Below, in pieces: positions 1-9,615 of a stretch of DNA of 64,000 nucleotides (the first letter of the stretch is position 1; every line of letters begins with the position of its first letter). The notes under the pieces were generated by a model that was not told the origin of the DNA, did no database searches, and was given only the letters and a program-made list of their open reading frames with translations. Position numbers and translations under genes: made by a program. This stretch comes from Alphaproteobacteria bacterium (lineage in GTDB: Bacteria; Pseudomonadota; Alphaproteobacteria; UBA7887): contig JAKZSU010000012.1 in NCBI GenBank assembly GCA_047517485.1, positions 643-64,642 on the forward strand, read 5' to 3'.

Positions 1-161
1 GCCAATCTTTCGGTGCCAACTCTGAGCGTCCGGCTCGTGTATCTGTCGGAACAGGCCCTTGACCGGTTGCTTTTAGGTCTGCCCGTTGCGATCCAACCCA
101 TTGCCCTTTCGCCCTCCAAGGCTATCATGATCGCGCCTTTCGAGAGCAAGGAGTCCCGCGC

Positions 162-449
162 ATGGCCGGCTATGTCATCGCTCAAATCGAAATCACCGAT
201 GCCGAGACGTTCGGCAAATATCGCGACTTGGTGGCGCCCACCATCGCTAAATATGGCGGGCGCTATTTGATCCGGGGCGGCGAGCTGACGCCGTTGGAGG
301 AAACACCGCCGCGGCCGCGCCTGGTGGTGATCGAATTCGAGTCGGTCGAGGCGGCGCGACGGTGGTATGATTCCGATGACTACGCGCCGCTGATCAAGAT
401 GCGCCAATCGGCCGCGAAAGGATCGGCGTATATCGCCGCGGGAGTCTAG
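162..449 (+). CDS. DUF1330-family small protein
   Basis: 95-aa ORF MAGYVIAQIEITD...RWYDSDDYAPL; the size and motif pattern resemble the DUF1330 dimeric alpha/beta family. Recognised by eye only. Confidence 0.6.
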   Translation: MAGYVIAQIEITDAETFGKYRDLVAPTIAKYGGRYLIRGGELTPLEETPPRPRLVVIEFESVEAARRWYDSDDYAPLIKMRQSAAKGSAYIAAGV

Positions 450-517
450 GAACGAAAAAGGCGCTTCCCGGCTTATCGGAAAGCGCCTTTCTTGACTTCG
501 CGGTGCGAGCCCCTCGT

Positions 518-988
518 CTAGGCGGCTTTTTCGGTCTCGATCAGCGGCGCGGCGTCGCTGCCGCCGCCGATAGCGATCTTGCGCGGCTTCAGCGACTCGG
601 GCACCTCGCGCACCAGATCGAGGTACAGAAGTCCGTTCTCGAGGCGCGCGTTTACCACTTCGATATGGTCGGCGAGCTGGAAACGGCGCTCGAACGCACG
701 GGTCGCGATGCCGCGGTGGAGAAAAGATCCGACTTTGTCGTCCTTGGGCTCGCTGCGGCCAGTCACCACCAGGACATTTTCCTTCACCGTCACGTCGAGA
801 TCGCTCTCGGCGAACCCGGCCACCGCCATGGTGATGCCGTAGCGGTCTTGCTCGCGTTTCTCGATATTGTACGGCGGATATCCGGTCGAGGAGTCGACGC
901 CATGGGCGGCGTCAAGAATCTTGTTCAGACGGTCGAATCCAACGCTGGTGCGGAATAGGGGGCTGAGATCATAACTACGCATTGTCAT
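518..988 (-). CDS. Hsp20/alpha-crystallin small heat-shock protein (IbpA-like)
   Basis: 156 aa with an alpha-crystallin domain (VKENVLVVTGRSE...GIATRAFERRFQLAD). A strong AGGAGA RBS sits 6 nt before the ATG on the minus strand. Confidence 0.85.
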   Translation of the reverse strand: MTMRSYDLSPLFRTSVGFDRLNKILDAAHGVDSSTGYPPYNIEKREQDRYGITMAVAGFAESDLDVTVKENVLVVTGRSEPKDDKVGSFLHRGIATRAFERRFQLADHIEVVNARLENGLLYLDLVREVPESLKPRKIAIGGGSDAAPLIETEKAA

Positions 989-1205
989 ATTCTCCTATGA
1001 GCAATATGGGTGTCGGGCCCGCCTCATGCGCGGCCCTGCCACAACGTGCCTCCGGACCCTAACGTGGCATCCGCGGCGCACTGAATGTGGTGATCCGCGG
1101 CGTCTTTTCAAGGGGTTCTGGACAGCCGCCGCCGGCTTGGGCATGCTCGCGGCGCGCCAAGGAAAACCACAAAGGGGGACAGACGTGGCCAACGCTTTGC
1201 GGTCC

Positions 1206-1997
1206 ATGACCCGTCGGCGGGAGCCGGTATTCGGCACATTTGTCGCCGAGTTCGATACGCCGGGGATGGGGCATATCCTCGCCGCCGCGGGCTGTGATTT
1301 CGCCTTTCTCGACATGGAGCATTCGTCGATCACCATCGACCGGATCAAGAGTTCGGTGCGCTATTACGAGGCGGCGGGGGTGCCGCTGATCGTGCGCCCA
1401 CCGTCGAAAGCCTATGCCAATGTGGCTGGGGTGATGGATGCCGGCGCGGAAGGGATCTGCCTGCCGTGCGTCGGCTCCGCGGATGAAGCGCGCCATCTCG
1501 TCTCGATGGTCAAATATCCGCCGCAGGGCGGGCGCGGCATCGGCATTCAATTGGCGCATGATCGTTATCGCGCCGGCGATGCCGCGGCCAAGATCAAGGC
1601 GGCGAACCGGCGCAGTTGTGTGATCCTGCAGATCGAGTCCGCCGAAGGGGCGGCCAATGTCGATGCCATCGCCGCGACCCCGGGGGTCGATGCGCTGTGG
1701 ATCGGCCATTTCGACCTCAGTGCCTCGCTCGGACTTCCCGGCCAATTTGATCATGCCGATTTTCAAGCCGCGGTCCGGCGCACGGCCAAGGCCTGCAAAA
1801 AGCACAAAATATCGCTCGGCATGATCGCCGGCTCGCCCGAGCACGGTCTCGCGCTCATTCGCCAGGGGTTCAACCTAATCAGCTATTCGGGTGATGTCTG
1901 GCTTTTGCGCGACGCCCTCGCTGCCGGAATCACCGCGATGCGCGAAGGCTTGAAAAAGCGCCGCCGCCCGGCGGTCAAAAGAAAGCCGAAATCGTGA
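1206..1997 (+). CDS. HpcH/HpaI-family class II (2-keto-3-deoxy acid) aldolase
   Basis: FLDMEHSS metal-binding motif and TIM-barrel aldolase layout. The internal ATG at 1206 gives a protein of typical ~260 aa; the track ORF starts at 1026. Confidence 0.7.
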   Translation: MTRRREPVFGTFVAEFDTPGMGHILAAAGCDFAFLDMEHSSITIDRIKSSVRYYEAAGVPLIVRPPSKAYANVAGVMDAGAEGICLPCVGSADEARHLVSMVKYPPQGGRGIGIQLAHDRYRAGDAAAKIKAANRRSCVILQIESAEGAANVDAIAATPGVDALWIGHFDLSASLGLPGQFDHADFQAAVRRTAKACKKHKISLGMIAGSPEHGLALIRQGFNLISYSGDVWLLRDALAAGITAMREGLKKRRRPAVKRKPKS

Positions 1998-3034
1998 GTA
2001 AATTCCGCATCGCCCTCTCGGGTGACCTGTTCAACACCGATGGCACACCAACATTCCCGGATTTCGACCTGTCGCGTCTCGATCAAGAATCCGATGTCGA
2101 CTATGCGGTGATTGGACGCGGGCCGATCCTCGGCGCGGCGGAACTCGACGGATTCGACGCGCTCATTCTTTTGGCGCCAAAATTTCGCGCTGAAAGCGTG
2201 CCCGCCGATGGCCGCTTGTCGGTGATCGCGCGTGGCGGGGTCGGCTACGATTCGGTCGATGTCGAGGCCTGCACCGACAACGGCATTGCCTTGGTGATCA
2301 CCCCCGACGCGGTGCGCCGCCCGGTCGCGGTCATGGTGATCACCTTTATGACCGCGCTGGCGGGCCAACTTCTGACGCTCGACCGCATTACCCGCAAGGG
2401 CCCCTGGTCCGACCGCACCACAACGGTGGGCGTCGGCCTGATCGGCCGGACTTTCGGCCAGATCGGGATCGGCAATATCGGTGCCGAGGTGGTCGGGCTC
2501 GCCAAGCCATTCGGGCTCAAGGTGATCGCCAACGACCCCTACGTCGATCCGTCGGTGGCCGACGAACTCGGGATCACCCTGGTCGACAAGGATACGCTTT
2601 TCGAGCAGTCGGATTTCGTGTCGGTGAGCTGCCCGCTCAATGACGAGACCCGCGGTCTGGTGAGCGCGGAAAGGCTGGCGCAAATGAAGGCCAGTGCGTT
2701 TCTGATCAACACCTCGCGTGGGCCGGTGGTCGACCAGGCGGCGTTGACCGAGGCGCTGCGCGATGGCGTGATCGCCGGCGCCGGGCTCGATGTGCTCGAG
2801 AAAGAACCGCCGGATCCCGACGATCCGATCCTCGGCCTCGACAATGTCATCCTGTCGCCGCACTGCATGTGCTGGACCGATCAGATGTTCAAGATCATGG
2901 CCGATCGCGATATCGAGGCGTGCCTCGACGTGATGCACGGGCGGGCGCCGCGCAACGTCGTCAACCAAGAAGTGTTGGAGCGCAACCGCTTCGTCGCCAA
3001 GCTCGACGCCTATCGCGCGGCGTTCGGCTCGTGA
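1994..3034 (+). CDS. D-isomer-specific 2-hydroxyacid dehydrogenase (NAD-binding)
   Basis: GxGxxG NAD fold (GLIGRTFGQIGIGNIG) and a catalytic R/E/H-type layout. The GTG start overlaps the aldolase stop (GTGA). Confidence 0.8.
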   Translation: MSKFRIALSGDLFNTDGTPTFPDFDLSRLDQESDVDYAVIGRGPILGAAELDGFDALILLAPKFRAESVPADGRLSVIARGGVGYDSVDVEACTDNGIALVITPDAVRRPVAVMVITFMTALAGQLLTLDRITRKGPWSDRTTTVGVGLIGRTFGQIGIGNIGAEVVGLAKPFGLKVIANDPYVDPSVADELGITLVDKDTLFEQSDFVSVSCPLNDETRGLVSAERLAQMKASAFLINTSRGPVVDQAALTEALRDGVIAGAGLDVLEKEPPDPDDPILGLDNVILSPHCMCWTDQMFKIMADRDIEACLDVMHGRAPRNVVNQEVLERNRFVAKLDAYRAAFGS

Positions 3035-5130
3035 GCCGATTGCGCGATCTCACGGCCCTCTTGCAGCCGCGTTCCGTCGCCATTATCGGCGCGACACCGG
3101 ACGTGCGTCGCCCGGGCGGGCGGCCTCTCGATTTTCTCCGCCGCTACGGCTTCGCCGGGCCGATCTACCCGGTCAATCCGCGTTACGACGATATCGACGG
3201 CGTGCGGTGCTATGCCAAGATCACCGATCTGCCCGAGCCCGCCGACATGGCGGTGGTCGTGGTCCCGGCGCCGGCGGTGTTGCAAACCCTGCGCGATTGT
3301 CAGACCGCCGGGGTCAAGGCGCTCACCATCTACACCTCGGGCTTTCGCGAGACCGGCGCGGAGGGCGCGGCGATGGAAGCCGAGCTCATCGAAGTGGCGA
3401 ACCAAGCCGGGACGCTGATCTGCGGGCCCAATTGCCAGGGGGTCGCCAATTTTCACGATTCGATGATCGCCAATTTCACCTCGGCGCTGGCGACCGAGGG
3501 AATCGACGCCGGGCCGATCGGCTTCGTCAGCCAGAGCGGCCTGTTCACCGGTATCGTCACTGCTGAGCTGCGCCGCCGCGGCCTCGGTCTCGGCTATCTA
3601 ATCAGCAGCGGCAACGAATCCGTGGTCGATTTCGCCGACGTGCTCGCCTTCATGGCCGAGGATCCGCGCATCAAGGTGGTCGCGGGCTATATGGAAGGCA
3701 TCCGCGACGGCGCCAAACTGCGCGCGGCGGCGGCGGTCGCGCGGCGCAACGGCAAGCCGATGATCCTGCTCAAGGTCGGGCGCTCGCCGGAAAGCGCGGC
3801 CGCGGCCGCCTCGCACACCGGGGCGATGGCGGGCGCCTACGAGGTCTATCAGGCGGCGCTCGCACAATGGGGCTTGATCGAGGTCGACTCGATCCGCGAG
3901 CTGTTCGACGCCATCGAGGCGTTCGCGGTGACCAGCGGCATCGCGCGCGGCGACAAGGCCGGCATTCTGACCAATTCCGGCGGCCTCGGTGTGTTCGGCG
4001 CCGACCAGGTTCGGTCCCAAGGTTTGGCGATGGCAACCTTCAGCGAAACAACCGTCGCCACCATCCAAGACCGCCTGCCGCAATTCGGCTCGGCGCGCAA
4101 CCCGATCGATTTCACCTTGCAGGCGTTTACCGATCCGCAGGCGGTGGGCGCGCACCTCAGACACATGATCACCGACGACGACGTCGATATCGGGCTGGTG
4201 TTCTTTGGCGTGCAATTGCTCAACGTCGATGCTCTGGTCAAGGAGATCACCGACGCCGACGCACTAAACGAAAAACCGATCCTGGTGTCGTGGATGCTCG
4301 GGGAGGCGAGCGCGCCACGGCGCCTCCGCGATGCCGGCATCCCCTGTTACGACGACCCCGAGTCGGCGATCAAGGCGGCGCGGCGGTTGGTCGAGCATGG
4401 CCGTCTCGCGGCGCACGCGGATGCCGCGCGCACACCATCGGCAATGGACGGGGTTGCGCAAAGGTTACCCGGCGCCGGGACGCTCTCAGAATGGCAAGCG
4501 CGCGCGGTTCTGCGGGTTGCCGGGATCGACACGGTGTGGGGCGCGCTCGCGGCCACCGTGGATGAGGCGGCCGCCGCGGCCGCTGCCATCGACGGGCCGG
4601 TGGTCCTCAAAATCGAATCCGCCGATATTGCCCATAAAAGCGAGGCGGGAGGTGTCGCCCTCGGGCTCGACGACGAAACCGCCGTACGAGAAGCATATGA
4701 GCAGGTGACCACGAGCGCGCGGGCTTATGCGCCGGACGCCGATATTACCGGGGTCGGTGTCTATGAGATGATCTCCGGCGCCGTCGAACTCATCGTCGGG
4801 ATCAGCCGCGACACTGCGTTCGGGCCGGTGATCCTGGTCGGCATGGGCGGGATCATGGCCGAAGTCATGGACGATTCCGCGCTCGGCGTGGCGCCACTCG
4901 ACCGCCCCCGCGCCGCGGCCATGCTCGCCTCGCTCAAGGGTTTTCCCATGCTCGACGGCGCGCGCGGCCGGCCCAAATGCGACACCGCCGCGGTGGTCGA
5001 TATTTTGCTGGCTTTGTCGGATCTAGCGCTCGCGTGTCCGAGCATCGGCGAACTCGATATCAACCCGCTGATGGTTATGCCGGTGGGCGAGGGGGCCAAG
5101 GCGGCGGACGCGCTGATTACCGTCAGCTAA
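3031..5130 (+). CDS. acyl-CoA synthetase (NDP/ADP-forming), fused CoA-binding + ATP-grasp subunits
   Basis: N-terminal CoA-binding domain (VAIIGATPD...YPVNPRYD...VPAPAV) followed by succinyl-CoA-synthetase-like and ATP-grasp regions. The GTG at 3031 overlaps the upstream stop; the track ORF 2869 is extended upstream and overlaps. Confidence 0.75.
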   Translation: MSRLRDLTALLQPRSVAIIGATPDVRRPGGRPLDFLRRYGFAGPIYPVNPRYDDIDGVRCYAKITDLPEPADMAVVVVPAPAVLQTLRDCQTAGVKALTIYTSGFRETGAEGAAMEAELIEVANQAGTLICGPNCQGVANFHDSMIANFTSALATEGIDAGPIGFVSQSGLFTGIVTAELRRRGLGLGYLISSGNESVVDFADVLAFMAEDPRIKVVAGYMEGIRDGAKLRAAAAVARRNGKPMILLKVGRSPESAAAAASHTGAMAGAYEVYQAALAQWGLIEVDSIRELFDAIEAFAVTSGIARGDKAGILTNSGGLGVFGADQVRSQGLAMATFSETTVATIQDRLPQFGSARNPIDFTLQAFTDPQAVGAHLRHMITDDDVDIGLVFFGVQLLNVDALVKEITDADALNEKPILVSWMLGEASAPRRLRDAGIPCYDDPESAIKAARRLVEHGRLAAHADAARTPSAMDGVAQRLPGAGTLSEWQARAVLRVAGIDTVWGALAATVDEAAAAAAAIDGPVVLKIESADIAHKSEAGGVALGLDDETAVREAYEQVTTSARAYAPDADITGVGVYEMISGAVELIVGISRDTAFGPVILVGMGGIMAEVMDDSALGVAPLDRPRAAAMLASLKGFPMLDGARGRPKCDTAAVVDILLALSDLALACPSIGELDINPLMVMPVGEGAKAADALITVS

Positions 5131-5185
5131 AATAAATTCGCCGTCCGCCAAGGAAACGCCTTAATCGTGCGTCTTACTAGACAGC

Positions 5186-5737
5186 ATGCTGACGATGACC
5201 GACGACGAAACGCTCGCTCAGCGAGCCGGGACCGGAGATAGGGAGGCGTTCGAGACGCTTCTCGAGCGCCACTACGACCGGGTCTATCGCATTGGCCACC
5301 GCTTGCTCGGAAACCCGACCGAGGCCGAGGATCTCGCTCAGGACATCTGTGTCGGCCTGGTCAAGAAACTGCGGTCCTATCGCGGCGACAGCCGTTTCAC
5401 CACCTGGCTCTATCGTGTCACCGTCAATGCCGCGCGCGACGTGCTGCGCCGCCGTGCGACATCGAACCGCCTCGACCGGTCGTTCAGCGATACCGCGGCG
5501 CTGGTCAAGGCGGGTGACGAAGCCCGGCGGTCCGAGGCGCGCTGGCTCTACGACGCCCTGCAGGCGCTCGGCGAGGATCTGCGCGAAACCGCGCTGCTGG
5601 TGCTGTCCGAGGAACTCAAACATGCCGAGGCGGGGGAAATATTGGGCGTGAAGGAGGCCACCGTCTCGTGGCGCATGCATGAAGTGCGAAAGCAGCTGAA
5701 AGCGCTGGCCGAGGCCGGCGATGGTGTCACGACATGA
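5186..5737 (+). CDS. ECF (sigma-70 family group IV) RNA polymerase sigma factor
   Basis: Region-2 and region-4 signatures (DLAQDICVGLV..., TTWLYRVTVNAARD, ...LSEELKHAEAGEILGVKEATVSWRMHEVRKQL). Confidence 0.85.
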   Translation: MLTMTDDETLAQRAGTGDREAFETLLERHYDRVYRIGHRLLGNPTEAEDLAQDICVGLVKKLRSYRGDSRFTTWLYRVTVNAARDVLRRRATSNRLDRSFSDTAALVKAGDEARRSEARWLYDALQALGEDLRETALLVLSEELKHAEAGEILGVKEATVSWRMHEVRKQLKALAEAGDGVTT

Positions 5738-7899
5738 CCGATGAATTCGACGATCTAAAAATGACCTTGGCCGAGGACGCGCCGTCCTCGAATCCCGTGG
5801 CGCGCAAAGCCGCGATCAAGGCCGGACTGGTCGCGTTCGACGCGGAATTTTCCGCCGCCGCCCAAGGATCGCCGTCCCGAGAACGTCAAAGGGGAAGATT
5901 TTCATCAATCCTCCAAACCCTATTCGGGAGACGTTCCATGACCCTCACGCAACCCCGTTTTCGCTATGTCCTCGCCGGCGGCGCCAGCGTCGCCGTCCTC
6001 GCCCTGGTGGTCTTCGGCAGCAACTTGCCGCGCCAGTTTTCGCAAGAAATTTCATTGCAAAAAGTAGCCGACGACCGCTTGGCGGGCGACTACGACGAAG
6101 GCAAAGTCGTTGCGACGACGAGTCAGTTGAAGAGCGAAGTCGATGCCATTCTTGGCGGGCAGGAGGTGCGTCGCGAATTGGCGGTTCCGCTAACGGATTC
6201 AGAATCATTACCTAGATCGCGCAACAAGTCGGCGCAATTGCCACAATCCGTATCCGAACCGGAGGTTATGACTTGGCATGCACCCAGTGCCGATCAAACT
6301 GCCAAGTCGACTGAGGCCAACCGCGGAATCGCGCAAGAATCCTTTGCCGATTTGTCGGCCGACACCGGCGGGGTTGCCAGCGCGCCGGCGATCATGATGG
6401 AGCGTGCCGACGTGCAGGCCCGCATTGCCGACGCGCCCGCGAAGGCGCAGTACGAGGACCAAGGCCGCGATCGCTTTGCCGATATCGAGGCCAATCCGGT
6501 GAACGTGGTCGCCGAGCAACCGGTATCGACCTTCTCGATCGATGTCGACACCGCGTCCTATGCCTTCATGCGTGGCTCGCTGAACCAAGGCGTTTTGCCG
6601 CAGAAGGACGCGGTGCGTATCGAGGAGCTGATCAATTATTTCGACTACGACTACGCGCTGCCCGACGACCGCGAGGCGCCGTTCCGCGCCCACGTCTCGG
6701 TCATGCCGACGCCGTGGAACGACGAGACCCAGCTGATGAGCATCGGCATCAAGGGCTATGACCTCGACGCGGCGGAGAAACCGCACGCGAACCTGGTGTT
6801 CCTGATCGACACTTCGGGCTCGATGAACCATGAAAAAAAGCTGCCGTTGTTGATCAACTCTTTCAAACTGTTGCTCGACAGCCTCGACGCGGACGATACG
6901 GTGGCGATCGTCACGTATGCCGGCAGCGCGGGCACCGCGCTCGAGCCGACTAAAGTTTCTGAACGGGCGAAAATTCTCGCCAGTCTCGAACGCTTGCGAT
7001 CCGGCGGCTCGACCGCCGGCGCCGAGGGCATCCGCCAAGCCTATCTGTTGGCCGAGCAAAACCTCGTCGAGGACGGGGTGAACCGGGTGATCCTGGCCAC
7101 TGACGGCGATTTCAATGTCGGCATCACCGATCAGGAAGAACTCAAGAGCTACATCGAGCGCAAGCGCGAAACCGGGATCTCGCTCTCGGTCCTCGGCTTC
7201 GGCCGCGGCAACTACAACGACGAGCTGATGCAGATCCTCGCCCAGAACGGCAACGGCAACGCCGCCTATATCGACAACCTGTCGGAAGCACGAAAAGTAC
7301 TGGTCGAGGAAGCGACCTCGACTTTGTTCACCATCGCCAAGGACGTCAAGATCCAGATCGAGTTCAACCCGGCGACGGTCTCGGAGTATCGCCTGATCGG
7401 CTATGAGACCCGCATGCTCGCGCGCGAGGATTTCAACAATGACAAGATCGACGCCGGCGACATCGGCGCCGGGCATACGGTCACCGCGTTGTATGAATTG
7501 ACCCCGGTGGGTACCGGCGCCGAACGCATCGACTCGCTGCGCTATCAACCCTCCGCGGACGTGGAAGGAGAGGCGGCTTCGAGCGAGATGGCGTTCCTCA
7601 AGATTCGCTACAAACTGCCCGACAGCGACACCAGCACGTTAATCACCCAGGCGATCACCGAGGATAACGTCTCGAACGACGTGTCGTCGGCGCCCCGCGA
7701 GGCCCGCTTCGCCGCCGCCGTCGCCGGTTTTGGCCAGCTCTTGCGCGGCGGCCGCCATACCGGCGACTATGGCTATGACCATGTGATCGCCTTGGCGCAG
7801 GGCGCCAAGGGTGACGATGATTTCGGCTACCGGTCGGAATTCATCAGCTTGGTCCGCCTGGCGAAATCCGCCGCCGATTTGGAAGCGCTCCGTCGCTAA
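5734..7899 (+). CDS. membrane anti-sigma-like protein with periplasmic von Willebrand A (vWA) + DUF3520-like domains (YfbK-like)
   Basis: 4-bp ATGA overlap with the sigma gene. One TM helix (YVLAGGASVAVLALVVFG) follows a short cytoplasmic N-terminus. MIDAS motif DTSGSM and a vWA fold. Confidence 0.75.
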   Translation: MTDEFDDLKMTLAEDAPSSNPVARKAAIKAGLVAFDAEFSAAAQGSPSRERQRGRFSSILQTLFGRRSMTLTQPRFRYVLAGGASVAVLALVVFGSNLPRQFSQEISLQKVADDRLAGDYDEGKVVATTSQLKSEVDAILGGQEVRRELAVPLTDSESLPRSRNKSAQLPQSVSEPEVMTWHAPSADQTAKSTEANRGIAQESFADLSADTGGVASAPAIMMERADVQARIADAPAKAQYEDQGRDRFADIEANPVNVVAEQPVSTFSIDVDTASYAFMRGSLNQGVLPQKDAVRIEELINYFDYDYALPDDREAPFRAHVSVMPTPWNDETQLMSIGIKGYDLDAAEKPHANLVFLIDTSGSMNHEKKLPLLINSFKLLLDSLDADDTVAIVTYAGSAGTALEPTKVSERAKILASLERLRSGGSTAGAEGIRQAYLLAEQNLVEDGVNRVILATDGDFNVGITDQEELKSYIERKRETGISLSVLGFGRGNYNDELMQILAQNGNGNAAYIDNLSEARKVLVEEATSTLFTIAKDVKIQIEFNPATVSEYRLIGYETRMLAREDFNNDKIDAGDIGAGHTVTALYELTPVGTGAERIDSLRYQPSADVEGEAASSEMAFLKIRYKLPDSDTSTLITQAITEDNVSNDVSSAPREARFAAAVAGFGQLLRGGRHTGDYGYDHVIALAQGAKGDDDFGYRSEFISLVRLAKSAADLEALRR

Positions 7900-7905
7900 G
7901 ACCTT

Positions 7906-8667
7906 CTACTTCGATCCGCGCCGCTCCAGGAATTTGGCCATGATCTTATGTGGCTCGCCGCTTTCATAGGCGGCACGCTGGAGCGGCGCGGCCGCGACGA
8001 ACGCATCGTCGAACGCCGCTTGCGTCATCTGTCTCAGCCGTATCTTGGTCAATCGAAAGGCGTTCACCGGCTGCTCGGCGAGCGCCTTCGCTTCTGCAAT
8101 CGCGACATCCCGAACCTCCTCCTCGGGCACGATCCGGCTCAGTAAACCGAGCCTCTGCGCTTCCTCGGACTCGACCAGACGCCCCGTCAGCGCCAGGTCT
8201 CGGGTTTGCAGATGGCCCAATGTCAGCGCCATCAGTTGCACGCCGATAACGCTCGCCAAGCCGACATTGATCTCGGGTTGGCCGAGACGCACCCCGGCAT
8301 GGCCGATTCGCGCATCGCACAGCAGGGCGACTTGAAATCCGGCGCCGGCGGCAAGCCCGTTCACCGCCGCGACGCACGGTTTGTCGAGGTCGCGAATGGC
8401 GGTGAGAAAGTGCCGCAAATCGTCGACCCACGCGACCGCCTCGTCGGCGCTGAACGCGGCGGTCTCGGCGAGGTCGTTGCCGGCGCAAAACGCCTTGTTT
8501 CCCGCGCCGGTGATCACGACGCCGCGCAGGTCTTCGCGTCGATTGACCGGCGCTAGCGCCTCGACCACCTCCGCCCGCATCGCCGCATGCAGGGCATTGC
8601 GCACCGCTGGTCGGGCGAAGGTCACGATAAGAAATCCGTCCGCGGTTCGGGTTTCGATAAATTCCAT
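7906..8667 (-). CDS. enoyl-CoA hydratase/isomerase (crotonase family)
   Basis: Crotonase fold motifs (AFCAGNDL, AAVNGLAAGAGFQVALLCD). Confidence 0.85.
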   Translation of the reverse strand: MEFIETRTADGFLIVTFARPAVRNALHAAMRAEVVEALAPVNRREDLRGVVITGAGNKAFCAGNDLAETAAFSADEAVAWVDDLRHFLTAIRDLDKPCVAAVNGLAAGAGFQVALLCDARIGHAGVRLGQPEINVGLASVIGVQLMALTLGHLQTRDLALTGRLVESEEAQRLGLLSRIVPEEEVRDVAIAEAKALAEQPVNAFRLTKIRLRQMTQAAFDDAFVAAAPLQRAAYESGEPHKIMAKFLERRGSK

Positions 8668-8724
8668 GGCGTTGGCCTCCGTTCGCCGGCATTCTGGCGG
8701 TGGTCGGCAAGCGGGGGAAGACCC

Positions 8725-9567
8725 ATGGTTGCAAAATCAGACATGGTGCGGATCGCGCGTTGGGCGGGCTTTGCCGCTACTCTGGTCTGCCAGCAGACCG
8801 CGACGGCGGTCGCCGACAACGAAGCGGCCGAGGTCGCCTACGATCGCGGCGACTATGACAGCGCGATGGTCCAATGGTTGGCCGAAGCCGATCGCGGTGA
8901 TGCCACGGCGCAATACAATGTCGCCACGCTGCTCCGGCTGGGCCGCGGCGGCGCGCCAAATCCCAAGGCCTCGGCGGTCTGGTACCGCGCCGCCGCCGAG
9001 CAAGGCCATTTGGCGGCGCAGACCAATCTCGGGCGGCTGTATCTCGCCGGCGCCGGCCTCAAGCGCGACCCGGCGCGGGCGATGAAGTGGTTCGCGGCGG
9101 CGGCGGAGAAACATTATCCGCCGGCGGAGTATTATTTGGCGGAGCTGTTTCGCACCGGCGAGGGGGTGTTGTGGGATCCCGAGCGCGCGCTCGAGCTTTA
9201 TCTCTCGGCGGCGGAACAGGGTCTCACCCAAGCCGCCTTCAGACTGTCGCGGATGTATCGCACCGGCGACGGGGTACCGCGCAATTTCCGCGCCTCGCGC
9301 GAGTGGACGGTGCGCGCCGCGGTCGGCGGGCACGCGGAGGCGCAATACCATCTCGCGGCGCTTTATTTCCGCGGCGAAGGACATAAGGCGGACCCGGTAC
9401 GCGCGCTGATCTGGTATCACCACGCGGATCGTGGCGGCTATGTCGGTGCCGCGCAAATGCGCGATGCGATTGCACAATCGCTCACCCCCCAACAACGCGC
9501 CGAAATCGACGACATCGCCAAAAAGATCGAGCGCGCATTGACCCGTGCCACCGTCGCCGAGCCATGA
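8725..9567 (+). CDS. Sel1-repeat (TPR-like) secreted protein
   Basis: Signal-peptide-like N-terminus (MVAKSDMVRIARWAGFAATLVCQQTATAVA) and about six Sel1 repeats (AQYNLG/AEYYLAELF/AQYHLAALYFRGEG). Start chosen at an internal ATG. Confidence 0.75.
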   Translation: MVAKSDMVRIARWAGFAATLVCQQTATAVADNEAAEVAYDRGDYDSAMVQWLAEADRGDATAQYNVATLLRLGRGGAPNPKASAVWYRAAAEQGHLAAQTNLGRLYLAGAGLKRDPARAMKWFAAAAEKHYPPAEYYLAELFRTGEGVLWDPERALELYLSAAEQGLTQAAFRLSRMYRTGDGVPRNFRASREWTVRAAVGGHAEAQYHLAALYFRGEGHKADPVRALIWYHHADRGGYVGAAQMRDAIAQSLTPQQRAEIDDIAKKIERALTRATVAEP

Positions 9568-9615
9568 CTCTTGGTATATGCTCGCGCCGTGGAGACGAGA
9601 TCTAAGGGAGCGGGC

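Noticed and set aside
1883-2968. 361-aa minus-strand ORF antisense to the 2-hydroxyacid dehydrogenase
   Set aside because: Antisense to a gene with a clear NAD-binding fold and no motifs of its own.
6208-7548. 446-aa minus-strand ORF antisense to the vWA anti-sigma gene
   Set aside because: Low-complexity Arg/Asp/Val composition, no motifs, embedded in a confidently called gene.
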